Below, in pieces: positions 27,832 through 36,638 of a stretch of 64,000 bases of DNA. The stretch covers positions 20,919 to 84,918 of the forward strand of contig JAFWAG010000032.1 of assembly GCA_017507765.1 (NCBI GenBank), written 5' to 3'. A model generated the notes under the pieces. That model saw nothing but the letters and a program-made list of their open reading frames with translations. It did not search any database and was not told where the DNA came from. Position numbers and translations under genes: made by a program. The first letter of the stretch is position 1. Each line of letters starts with the position of its first letter. The stretch is from Alphaproteobacteria bacterium (lineage in GTDB: Bacteria > Pseudomonadota > Alphaproteobacteria > CACZRW01).

Positions 27832-29070
27832 TTATTGGCTATTGCCTTCTTTGATAATCCGGACAATCTTCGGGCTTAATACCATGGCAATTTCCGAATT
27901 GGCGTATTGTGGTCCTAAGATATCCGAAGGTATGCCGATGATAAGGAAGTTATCACCGATTTCCGATGCAAAAGACGGGAAATTGGTTATTTCACCTTTG
28001 GTTGAATCTATGACCAAAGAACCAACAATCTTATCCGTACCTTCAACGGTAGCTTGCGCCAAAACCGATAATTGCGATTCCGGATTTTCTATCTTTCCGC
28101 AACGGCCAACATCAAAACGGGAACGCCAGTTATCCGGAACCATAAAGACACCTTCGGAAACCGGAACTACAGAAGCGTGCTGACCAACAAAATTCAAGAA
28201 ACGGCGAGTGCTGATTTCATTATTTTCCGTAATAATCATACGGCCGATAACGCCTTTGACACTGCTGCGTATGCTGTTCGTGCCATATTTATCAACCAGT
28301 TTCTGCCAATCTATGGTGGAAGTTCCAGCATAAGGAGTAATCCGGAAAACCCGTACATCAAAAGCAACAATGTTTGGTTCGGTATCAAAAACTTTTATCA
28401 GTTTTTCAACTTTCTGCTGAACTTCTTTGGTACCAAGGAAGGTGATGGTTTTATTATCCCAGTCGGCAACAACATCACGAATGCCCGCACCTCTTAATGC
28501 GTCCAGAACCGCAATCATAACCGGACGGGAATCAGGAACCTGTAATTTCCACTGGTTATGCCGCATAAGGCGAAGCGTTTTTGTTTCGGCATTATAGCGG
28601 TAATAAACACCCGAAGTGTTAGCAATATTATTCAAAACCGTACCAAGTTCGCCCTTCATATTTTTGCCGGACAAAACCGGATAAGGGCCTTTTTCCGCAA
28701 CGACTTTAATTCCGGCTTCCTTCACCAATTTTAAAAAGACTTTATCGGCACTTAATCCGGCGAAAGAAAATCCGGTTACTTCGTAACGAGGCAAGGCATC
28801 GGAAGCTCTGGCTCCGCTGAGTTTAAATGCAGACTGGCGGAAAGGAACCGTGGTGATGATGTCCTGTTCATTAAAACGGACAAAACAACGGCTGGCAGCT
28901 TCCAAACTAAACAACTCTGCCGTCTTGGTAGTGCGGGGAGCAAGCAATTTCGTATCTTTAAAAACTCCGGGAGCAACCGCATCGGCGGCAACTGTCTCGC
29001 TTGAAAAAACGGCTAAACCGGCAACCAATCCTAAAACGGCGAACAGTTTTTTATAAATCTTGTCTGACAT
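27832..29070 (-). CDS. Periplasmic/outer-membrane protein with a secretin-N (NolW-like) domain and a possibly degenerate secretin-like C-terminal motif
   Basis: 412 aa; signal peptide; segment VMIAVLDALRGAGIRDVVADWDNKTITFLGTKEVQQKVEKLIKVFDTEPNIVAFDVRVFRI fits the secretin N1 pattern (...D.rtNsli..g.......v..lI..lD....v.iev.i.ev); C-terminal GIPSDILGPQYANSEIAMVLSPKIV resembles the secretin C-terminal 'PiLG..F.....EL.vf.TP.iv' motif. Confidence 0.45.
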   Translation of the reverse strand: MSDKIYKKLFAVLGLVAGLAVFSSETVAADAVAPGVFKDTKLLAPRTTKTAELFSLEAASRCFVRFNEQDIITTVPFRQSAFKLSGARASDALPRYEVTGFSFAGLSADKVFLKLVKEAGIKVVAEKGPYPVLSGKNMKGELGTVLNNIANTSGVYYRYNAETKTLRLMRHNQWKLQVPDSRPVMIAVLDALRGAGIRDVVADWDNKTITFLGTKEVQQKVEKLIKVFDTEPNIVAFDVRVFRITPYAGTSTIDWQKLVDKYGTNSIRSSVKGVIGRMIITENNEISTRRFLNFVGQHASVVPVSEGVFMVPDNWRSRFDVGRCGKIENPESQLSVLAQATVEGTDKIVGSLVIDSTKGEITNFPSFASEIGDNFLIIGIPSDILGPQYANSEIAMVLSPKIVRIIKEGNSQ

Positions 29071-29244
29071 TTTTCGCTAATACCTCTTAAAAAACCATAG
29101 TCTTAAACTTTATAAATCCTGAAAACAGCCTCTAAACCTTCGGAGCGGACGAAGGCGCTCCCGTTACAACAACTTTCTTTATCACATTTCTTACCACATC
29201 AAGGTTCATAGATACAGTATTTTCTTTCGTAGTTTTTGCCATAT

Positions 29245-30150
29245 CTATGCGTCCGGAGCAGTATTGTTATCACTTGCCGGTTCAAAATCACCCAAATCCG
29301 GTATCGGTTCAAAGCCATCTGGAGCAGGACCGATTGGACCTTCGTCTTCATCTGTGGCCAAATCCCCCAAGCCGGCACGGATTTTTACAACATCAATCTC
29401 TTCATCAACCATTTCCGGAGGTGCGTTGTCGGCAAGTTCTTTTTTAAAGTCAGATAAAAGCTTGGCAAAAGCCTCTTCCTTGCCGGGGAACTTTGCATCA
29501 ACAATGGCTTTATAGTCATCATTATCGGAAATTGCTTCACCAAAGCCGACGATTTCGTCCAAAACGTCCAGAACATACCCATAATACTTATAATGGCTCA
29601 TTTCCATACCGCCAAGCTGAACACAGCGAGCGCCGACCCTTGAAATCGTTTGATCATAATAATCTTTAAGACGCATAAAATGGTCAAAGTTCCATAATAA
29701 TTCTTCCGAAAACTCCGGTGAAGGTTCCGGAACAGGTTCGTCGTTTACCGATGCTTGTGTTTCGCCTTCCGGCATATCGGCGACCAAAATCTTTAACTTT
29801 TCCGTAACGGCCTTGCCGGCGTCGCCGAAAATGGCAAGCCAATATTCCAAAACCGGCAGTCGTTCACTGATATGCGCTTTATCGACACCATCTGCTTCCA
29901 AAAGACGGTTGGCTTCGTCCCACGCCAAAACACCGTTTTCATAATCCAATGCCCGCTGGAAATTAGCTCTGGAAGTATCTCCGTCCGGCGGAGGAAGCTC
30001 GGCAAGCAAAGAAGGAATGATATCTCGCCAGTTGTTACCAAAGCTCTGCTCTGCCGCAGTGGACAAACGAGTCAAAACTTCTATGTCATCTTGATAAGCA
30101 AGAAGCAGAGGAATTAGCTGCGTCAGGGCTTTTCTTTCATCTTCGGTCAT
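29245..30150 (-). CDS. Hypothetical acidic cytoplasmic protein
   Basis: 301-aa ORF; strongly acidic (DE-rich) C-terminal third; no TM or signal peptide. Confidence 0.45.
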   Translation of the reverse strand: MTEDERKALTQLIPLLLAYQDDIEVLTRLSTAAEQSFGNNWRDIIPSLLAELPPPDGDTSRANFQRALDYENGVLAWDEANRLLEADGVDKAHISERLPVLEYWLAIFGDAGKAVTEKLKILVADMPEGETQASVNDEPVPEPSPEFSEELLWNFDHFMRLKDYYDQTISRVGARCVQLGGMEMSHYKYYGYVLDVLDEIVGFGEAISDNDDYKAIVDAKFPGKEEAFAKLLSDFKKELADNAPPEMVDEEIDVVKIRAGLGDLATDEDEGPIGPAPDGFEPIPDLGDFEPASDNNTAPDA

Positions 30151-30245
30151 TTTCTTATCCGTACCTTATTGTCCTTTGTCGTATATTAAAAGCTGTTTGG
30201 CAATATTTCAACTGTTGCTGTCATGATTTATGTTTTTCCTGTTTC

Positions 30246-33200
30246 CTATGCTGCTCGACCTAAATCCAATCGGACTTTTACACCTTTGGAAGAGGCAAAA
30301 ACCAAACATGGACCGGTAGCTTTCTTCCTTTTCTTTGATTTATCCTTTAACCAGAAAGATGCACCCGTATTTAAAGGCTTTTCTCGAACCGGAGAAATTA
30401 TAACTTTTTCGATAATCGTATTTGTGGCTAGGTTCTTATAATCGACAGGCTCGGAAATATCCTCTTCAGAAACGGCGGAGACAGTTTCGGCAGCAGTTTC
30501 TGTTTCCTTTGCTTCCGGCTCTTCTTTGGAGACAGTAACCGGTTCGCTTGCTTCTGCCTCAGGTTCTGTTTTCGGAACTACAGGCTCGTCAATTTGTACG
30601 GTCGGTTCATTTGCTGCTTCGGAGTAGTCAATATCAATAGCAACGGTTTGTTCCGGTATTAAAGGAATGGCCGAAGGACGCATCGGAGTTGCAAAAGAAA
30701 CCGGATCAAGCATTTCCATTTCTTCGTCAAAGATTAAATCTTCACTGGTAAGATTTTCATCAAAATACAAATCTTCGGGAAGAGGTGTGGCATAAGTCGA
30801 TGAAACATCGCTACCGAAGGAAGATATAACCTCATCAAGATAGGCATCAACCGTAAACTCTGCAGCATCGGCGGTATCAGCAAAGTATAAATCTTCTTTA
30901 ATCGGTTCCGGTTCGGGAACAACTTCTTTGACGGCTTCGACCTTGGGTTCGGATACAACAGGTACCGGTTCTTGGGCGGTTTCGGAAAGTGCCTCTTGTA
31001 TGGCTTCGACTTCTTCTACAGGTTCCGGCTCGGTGGCGGCAAGCTCTTCCGGTTCGGTTTCAAGAACGGGTATATCTTCTTGGGCGGCTTCAATCTCAGA
31101 TACCTGCGGTTCGGCTTGCTCATAAACAGCCTCTTCATCAGCACTTGCCTGCAAGGCTTCAAACTCTGAGGCAGAAACCGTGATTTCATTACCGTCTTGG
31201 TCAACGGTTATGTATTCGTATTCATACTCATATTCGGCATCATCGGAAACATCTGCTTCGCTTACAACTTCCTCTGCTGTTACCGCTTCAGCTGTGAAGT
31301 CAAGTTCTCCGGATTGGTCGTCAACATAAACAGTGTCTTCGCTTTCTTCCGTTTCGGCGGTAAGGGCGGCGGCTTCTATTTCTTCTGCGGTTTCGGCAGT
31401 TAAGGCAAAGCCATCATCTTTGGCAACCGGAGCTTCACTTATAACTTCCAGAACTTTTGCAGGTTCAGCCGTGAAATCAAGTTCGCCGGACTGTTCATCA
31501 ACAAAAACAGGCTCGGAAGGTTCTGCTTCGGTTTCAATGGCGGTTGAAGCAAGTTCTTCCTCTGTTTGCGGAGTTAAAGTAAAGCCGTCATCTTCGGCAA
31601 CCGGAGCTTTGGTATCATTTTCCGTGATAACTTCATATTCGACCGCTTCTGCTTCCGCTTCAAGTACAGGCTCCGGTTCAACTTCCGGCATCGCTTCGGG
31701 CAATGCTTCTTCCCAAACTGCTTCCGGTTCCGGCTCGGGTTCAGTGACGGCAAGCGGTTCCGGTTCGGGTTCGGCGGTCTCTTGTATGGCTTCGATTTCT
31801 TCTACAGATTCCGGCTCTGGTTCCGGTTCGGAGATTACTTCTTCCCAAACTTCTTCCGGTTCAGGTTCGGGTTCAGGCTTGGGCATTACCACGAATTCGT
31901 CTTCATCAAAAGAACCGTAATCCGGCTCTAAGTATGTATCATCGTACATATCCGAAGCGGAAATATCTTCTTCGTATACTTCTTCCGCCTCTGCGCTTTC
32001 CTCTTCAAAATCTTCGGCGCTGACGTATTCGTATTCAACGTTTTCACGTTCAACCATTTTTTCCAAAATGGAGCTTAAAACCTGACTGGTTTTTTCCTGA
32101 CTGGCAACCAACATTTCCATAACGTTGCGATTGTCATTACCCGCAGAGACCGGCAAACCGGTAACCACAGCCAAAGCATCAGAGACTATCTGCGCAGTCT
32201 TTTCCTGACTTTGGGCAAGCATAGCGGCAATTTCTTTGATTGCGGCGTCTTTATCTTCTTCCGGTTCGTCCTTTTCTTTACTGGCGGTTAAAGCATCGGA
32301 AATGATATGAGCGGTTTTTTCTTGGCTTTCGGCTAACATAGCCGCTATTTCTTTGATTGCGGCGTCTTTGTCTTCTTCCGGCTCGTCCTTTTCTTTACTG
32401 GCGGTTAAAGCGTCAGAAATAATCTTTGCGGTTTTTTCCTGACTTTCGGAAAGCATGGAAGCGACTTCTTTCAAGTCTTCGTTATGTTTTTCTTCCGGTC
32501 GGTTTAAGGTGGCTTTTACGGCTTCGGAAATAATTTGAGCCGTTTTTTCCTGACTTTCTGCCAACATATCGGCAAAATCATGGATATTTCCTCCGCTATC
32601 GCTTACTTGCACCGGAGGACGTTTAGTTAACGCTTCGCCCAAAGCTTTGGAGATAATTTCCGAAGTACTTTCCTGACTTTTTACCAAAGCATCGGCAACG
32701 GCGGAAGCTATGGCATCTGCGGTATTGCCCGCAGAAGCCATGGGAGGATAATAACCGTCGTCATATTCCTCTACATATTCGTATTCTTCGTCTTCATCGC
32801 CATCTTCGCCTTCTTCGGAGTTTTCATATCCTTCTTCATCGGAAACACCTTCGCCCTCTTCGTCTCCCTTTTTGCGTTTGCGGCGTTTTTTCTGATGAGC
32901 GGTAAAGAAATTACTTTGGGCTTCCTGTAATGCGGCGGTTATCTTGGTTATATCTTCAGCAGAAGCATTGCGGTTTTGCGCTGCGGCTAAGGTTTTAGTC
33001 AACTGTTCGACCTGAGCCATAGATTGCTCTTGCATCTTTTCTGCGGTCTGCTGATGACTTAAAGAAATGGCTTCCGCAATTATCTTTGCTCTGGCCTTTT
33101 CCTCTTCCAGTTTTTCTTCATCAATCTCTATCTCTTCTTCAACGACAATGCCTCGCTGTTCCTGAAGATAGGCAATATAACCACGAACGTCGGCACTGAA

Positions 33201-33431
33201 AGGAAGCTTAGAAAGCTCTTCCTTCGTTTCCGGCGTAATGTTTAAAAGCATTTCGTTATAACGTTCTTGAGCTTCGGGACTTAAAACCGAAAGCTGACGG
33301 AAGATATTTATAAACTTTTGAGCGCGATCACGGTTGGTTTCTGAGGTAGCTCCGTCTCCGCCCCCTTCGGTAACCCCGAGGAACTTCCTTTTCCAACGAT
33401 TTAAATCTGACAAACGTGTAGATTTAGCCAT
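30246..33431 (-). CDS. Giant highly acidic repeat protein (candidate secreted effector/surface protein) with a basic C-terminal tail
   Basis: 1061 aa; three internal repeat families (39-aa ESQEKTAxIISDAL units x6; about 60-aa xDDGFxLTxxTxEExxxxAxxTExEx...VDxQSGELDFTAE x2; EPEPEP tracts); C-terminus WLKDKSKKRKKATGPCLVFASSKGVKVRLDLGRAA is net positive. Confidence 0.55.
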   Translation of the reverse strand: MAKSTRLSDLNRWKRKFLGVTEGGGDGATSETNRDRAQKFINIFRQLSVLSPEAQERYNEMLLNITPETKEELSKLPFSADVRGYIAYLQEQRGIVVEEEIEIDEEKLEEEKARAKIIAEAISLSHQQTAEKMQEQSMAQVEQLTKTLAAAQNRNASAEDITKITAALQEAQSNFFTAHQKKRRKRKKGDEEGEGVSDEEGYENSEEGEDGDEDEEYEYVEEYDDGYYPPMASAGNTADAIASAVADALVKSQESTSEIISKALGEALTKRPPVQVSDSGGNIHDFADMLAESQEKTAQIISEAVKATLNRPEEKHNEDLKEVASMLSESQEKTAKIISDALTASKEKDEPEEDKDAAIKEIAAMLAESQEKTAHIISDALTASKEKDEPEEDKDAAIKEIAAMLAQSQEKTAQIVSDALAVVTGLPVSAGNDNRNVMEMLVASQEKTSQVLSSILEKMVERENVEYEYVSAEDFEEESAEAEEVYEEDISASDMYDDTYLEPDYGSFDEDEFVVMPKPEPEPEPEEVWEEVISEPEPEPESVEEIEAIQETAEPEPEPLAVTEPEPEPEAVWEEALPEAMPEVEPEPVLEAEAEAVEYEVITENDTKAPVAEDDGFTLTPQTEEELASTAIETEAEPSEPVFVDEQSGELDFTAEPAKVLEVISEAPVAKDDGFALTAETAEEIEAAALTAETEESEDTVYVDDQSGELDFTAEAVTAEEVVSEADVSDDAEYEYEYEYITVDQDGNEITVSASEFEALQASADEEAVYEQAEPQVSEIEAAQEDIPVLETEPEELAATEPEPVEEVEAIQEALSETAQEPVPVVSEPKVEAVKEVVPEPEPIKEDLYFADTADAAEFTVDAYLDEVISSFGSDVSSTYATPLPEDLYFDENLTSEDLIFDEEMEMLDPVSFATPMRPSAIPLIPEQTVAIDIDYSEAANEPTVQIDEPVVPKTEPEAEASEPVTVSKEEPEAKETETAAETVSAVSEEDISEPVDYKNLATNTIIEKVIISPVREKPLNTGASFWLKDKSKKRKKATGPCLVFASSKGVKVRLDLGRAA
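31291..31610. repeat. Two about 145-bp degenerate direct repeats (176-bp period) inside the acidic giant gene
   Basis: Copy 1 at 31291-31437 and copy 2 at 31467-31610 (agc(t/c)gtgaa(g/a)tcaagttc(t/g)ccgga...ggcaaccggagctt). Confidence 0.55.
32100..32720. repeat. About 5-6 tandem copies of a 117-bp (39-codon) repeat inside the acidic giant gene
   Basis: Recurrent ...gcggttttttc(c/t)tg(a/g)ctttcgg(a/c)(a/t)a(g/a)catagc(g/c)gc(a/t)atttctttgattgcggcgtcttt(a/g)tcttcttccgg(t/c)tcgtccttttctttactggcggttaaagc(a/g)tc(g/a)gaaat...; the two central copies are near-identical and the outer ones degenerate. Confidence 0.6.
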
Positions 33432-33512
33432 CTCGTTCTCTAATAAACCAAGCCTTAAACTTTAACCGCTTCTTGATTCTAAAGGAAAGAAAGTTAACAT
33501 ATGGTAATTTTA

Positions 33513-33546
33513 ATAAAAAAACCTCTTGAATCAGAGGTTTTTTTTA
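33513..33546 (-). terminator. Rho-independent terminator after the HTH regulator gene (symmetrical, usable in both directions)
   Basis: AAAAAAA-CCTCT-tgaatc-AGAGG-TTTTTTTT: 6-bp GC stem extended by A/U pairs and flanked by T-runs on both strands. Confidence 0.55.
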
Positions 33547-33568
33547 TAAAGATATGTAAGTTTAAAAA

Positions 33569-34636
33569 TTAAGCCAGCGAAATGTATACGATTTTATGCA
33601 AAACTTCACCGGCAGAGATTTTTACTCTTTCGTCCGGATTAAGCTGAAGACCATAGATATTTCCTTCGCCATCTTCTCTCAGGCTGAGCAATTTTACCGT
33701 ATTTTCCGCAGTGTATAACAGACCGAGGTCTCCGGGACCTGCCTCTTTACCGGGGTCAACAACAAATATCGCCCGAGCCGGAAGGAAAGTTCCCAAACGG
33801 CGAGAGGAAGATATGCTGACTGCATAGGCTTGATGCGGGTTAGAAACGGACGGAGGACACATGATTGCACCGGACGGATTGTTTTTATCAATAATGATAT
33901 CTCCGTTATCACCAGGTTTGCCGTAAACATTTAAGGAAACTTCACTGCGTTCCCGAGATTTAAGCCCCATACGGCCAATCGGCAAATCAGCGTAAGAGTT
34001 CTTTGCCGAAGTTACGGCACGGAACTTTGCATCTCCGGGCTGAATAAACTCTTCCAAAGCTCCGGTCTTATCCAAATCATAGACTTTGAGCTGAAGCTCT
34101 TCCGGTGTAAAACCAAGTGCCAAGGAAATATCCGAAAACTCTTTTTGGGTAACTTCTCTTTGACCCATTTCTATCCGGTGGTAAACCGAAAGCGTCAAAC
34201 CGGCTGCCGCTGCAACTTCCGCCAAAGTTAAATCCTTTTGCCCGCGAAGATAACGGAAACCGGCACCCATAGTCTTTATACCGCTTCGTTCATTGATTTT
34301 GCTGCGACGTTCCTGTTCTTGCCGCCAAGCAGCTACGACTTCCGGCTGAGACGTGGCTTCGTTGACAAAAATGTCCTGAGGATTGCATTTCAGAAAATCC
34401 GCAACTCTGACTAATTGCTCTTTATCTATCCGGCGGTATCCTTTTTCAATTTTGCTGACCGCAGAAAGGCTGATGCCTAAGAAATCGGCAAGCTCCTGCA
34501 TCGAAAGATTGCGGATACGGCGATATATTCTTATCTGGTTCGGAAATATAATTTCTTCCATGGTTCTTCCCCTTAATGATAAATCATGCAAAAACCCTTT
34601 TAAACACGGGATTTTATGCCGTAACTTTAACAGCAA
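33569..34636 (-). CDS. Transcriptional regulator with two XRE-type HTH domains and a C-terminal LexA/CI-like (peptidase S24-like) domain
   Basis: 355 aa; HTH1 IRIYRRIRNLSMQELADFLGISLSAVSKIEKG; HTH2 FRYLRGQKDLTLAEVAAAAGLTLSVYHRIEMG; C-terminal beta-rich segment ending ...TVKLLSLREDGEGNIYGLQLNPDE...GEVLHKIVYISL resembles the S24 fold, but the canonical GxSM Ser motif is not obvious. Confidence 0.6.
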   Translation of the reverse strand: MLLKLRHKIPCLKGFLHDLSLRGRTMEEIIFPNQIRIYRRIRNLSMQELADFLGISLSAVSKIEKGYRRIDKEQLVRVADFLKCNPQDIFVNEATSQPEVVAAWRQEQERRSKINERSGIKTMGAGFRYLRGQKDLTLAEVAAAAGLTLSVYHRIEMGQREVTQKEFSDISLALGFTPEELQLKVYDLDKTGALEEFIQPGDAKFRAVTSAKNSYADLPIGRMGLKSRERSEVSLNVYGKPGDNGDIIIDKNNPSGAIMCPPSVSNPHQAYAVSISSSRRLGTFLPARAIFVVDPGKEAGPGDLGLLYTAENTVKLLSLREDGEGNIYGLQLNPDERVKISAGEVLHKIVYISLA

Positions 34637-34680
34637 TTTGACAAAAATCCAGTAATTTTCTCAAAAAATTAGCGAAAAAA

Positions 34681-36387
34681 TTATGAATTGCGATCTGCTT
34701 CGTCGTTAAAGTGGCGATTCCAACGGTCGGCAGCATTGCGGGCAATGTTCTTAGCGCTAAATCTTTGCTTGGCAGAGGTTTTAAACTTATCTTTAAGATT
34801 TTCGCCAAAATTATTCTGAATATTCTTAAGGTTATCCTTAACTCTTTGCGGAGCGGCAGCAATATTATTTCCAAACGTTTTAACCTTATCTCCGGCGAAG
34901 TCTTTAAACTGTTTCGGCATGGCTTTAGCCCGACTTTTAGCATCATTAGCAAACTTCTTCACCGAAGCTCTGGCAGCTGCTCGTCCAGACTTGGTAGCCA
35001 AAGAAGTTATTGCTTTAGCGGCTTTGGCGGCACCGGCTGCCGCAGTGGCCGCTCCCTTGGCAGCAAAACCGACAGCTGCCGCACCACCCGTAGCAACCGT
35101 GGTCGCAAGCATGGCAACCGTAACCGCCGCCTGAACGGTGGTGGTAACCATGGCCGCCATTTTTGCGCCCACAGCCGCACCGATATTCGTACTTTGCAAT
35201 TGGGAATCAATGGAAACAAAATGGTTGGCTACGGCTTCCGACTTACTTAACAACATTAAAGCGATAATAGCGATAGCGAGGAATAAAAGCCAATCTACAC
35301 CATTGACATAAATATGCTGATATAACTGCTGAACCTGATCATTATTTAACATACTGTCAAGCTCTTCGGAACGGCCGATAGATTCCATAACTATCTTTAA
35401 AATCAACGCCATGCCTATGGCAAGAGCAAGCAATGCGACCAGTGCGTGCAGGAATAAATCCCAAGCTTTCTTCGTATACTTCCGTGTTATCGGGAAAACC
35501 CATGCGACCATAAGCAACGGCAACAGCATGGTTACAAAGCTGATACGAATGACAAAATCGATAACTCGGAAGGAAAAGCTTAAAGTAATTATAAAGAAAA
35601 CCAGCATTACCAAGAGACCGATAACAAACATACCCATATCGGGAATCTTGATTATCCACAAGTCTACTCGTCCCATGGAATAGCAATAAATACAGTTGCC
35701 GAGTGCGGTTCCTTTGGCGGCTTCTATATACATAGAGCGAATTACACAGCTTAGAGCGCTTTTAATCTGAGGAGACAGCGCCAGATGAGAAGAAGAGTCT
35801 CCGTAAACAACGTTGCCTTTTGAATCATATGAAATCGAAGAGCTTTCAGAGTTCTGAAACTGTTGGCAAATATCGTTTTTGATAAGTCCGGAAGCAATCG
35901 CAGTATCCGCACTTTGGACATTTAAGTCCGTAGATAAAATCCCCAAAGTAAGCTCTGTCGCCATGGAAACTACCGGCGAAACGACAAGGTCAAAAGCCTT
36001 TTGCGTCGGAATGGTCAAAATCGCAGCTATTAACGTCGTACGGAAAAAACATTTACCGATTTCGGTGAAAAAACCTTCCGGAGCTTGATACTTATAATTC
36101 ACAAAATACATACCGAAATGCCACAGTATCCAAAGCCCTAAACCAATTATCAGCAAATATAAGGACGGTTTTTTCAACGTGTTGTAACAAGCCGTAACAA
36201 CATTGTTGACGGCATCAAAAATCATATCGACAAAGGTACAAATAAGACAGCTGCTATAAAGCTCTGACATTACTTCGGTAGCTGTTTTACACGCAGCATA
36301 AGCAGAATCGGGAAACAAGCATACGCAGACAAGCGCAATTGCAAACGCTATTTTTCCGACCGTATTTTGTCCCTTTTTCGTAAACAT
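34681..36387 (-). CDS. virB6: VirB6/TrbL-like type IV secretion polytopic membrane protein, paralog 5
   Basis: 568 aa; signal peptide; CxxC motif (SSCLICTFVDMIFDAV) followed by a W-rich TM (GLGLWILWHFG) as in the four paralogs upstream; about 6 TM; Lys/Ala-rich hydrophilic C-terminal tail. Confidence 0.65.
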   Translation of the reverse strand: MFTKKGQNTVGKIAFAIALVCVCLFPDSAYAACKTATEVMSELYSSCLICTFVDMIFDAVNNVVTACYNTLKKPSLYLLIIGLGLWILWHFGMYFVNYKYQAPEGFFTEIGKCFFRTTLIAAILTIPTQKAFDLVVSPVVSMATELTLGILSTDLNVQSADTAIASGLIKNDICQQFQNSESSSISYDSKGNVVYGDSSSHLALSPQIKSALSCVIRSMYIEAAKGTALGNCIYCYSMGRVDLWIIKIPDMGMFVIGLLVMLVFFIITLSFSFRVIDFVIRISFVTMLLPLLMVAWVFPITRKYTKKAWDLFLHALVALLALAIGMALILKIVMESIGRSEELDSMLNNDQVQQLYQHIYVNGVDWLLFLAIAIIALMLLSKSEAVANHFVSIDSQLQSTNIGAAVGAKMAAMVTTTVQAAVTVAMLATTVATGGAAAVGFAAKGAATAAAGAAKAAKAITSLATKSGRAAARASVKKFANDAKSRAKAMPKQFKDFAGDKVKTFGNNIAAAPQRVKDNLKNIQNNFGENLKDKFKTSAKQRFSAKNIARNAADRWNRHFNDEADRNS

Positions 36388-36396
36388 TTTCTTCTC

Positions 36397-36618
36397 TTAT
36401 GCGTCCTTTTCTTCGGCGGTTTCTTTAGGTTGAAGAGACGGAAGCTTAGCCTTCTTTGTCTTCCAAGTCAGCCATCCGGCGGCAGCAAAACTTAAAATTA
36501 TCACTGCTCCGGAGGTTATATAAACCAACCTGCTGTCAAGCAATCCGGAAAGTCCGGTTGCTCCAAAAATAATTATCAGAACTATAAAACTAAGATAGTA
36601 TACCAGATTTCTTAACAT
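36397..36618 (-). CDS. Small 2-TM membrane protein embedded in the virB6 array (possible VirB3/VirB2-like accessory subunit; unassigned)
   Basis: 73 aa; two hydrophobic helices then a charged tail; tight spacing (20 bp after paralog 4 stop, 9 bp before paralog 5 start). Confidence 0.4.
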   Translation of the reverse strand: MLRNLVYYLSFIVLIIIFGATGLSGLLDSRLVYITSGAVIILSFAAAGWLTWKTKKAKLPSLQPKETAEEKDA

Positions 36619-36638
36619 CTTAGTCCCCTTTTTTCCAA

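Noticed and set aside
31333-31920. 195-aa Ser/Gly-rich plus-strand ORF
   Set aside because: It is antisense to the GAA/GAG-rich acidic giant gene (complement of Glu codons gives Ser/Phe). It has no independent support.
34711-35250. 179-aa Gly/Arg-rich plus-strand ORF and 34919-35134 Ala-rich ORF
   Set aside because: They are antisense to the Ala/Lys-rich C-terminal tail of virB6 paralog 5 and are compositional artefacts.
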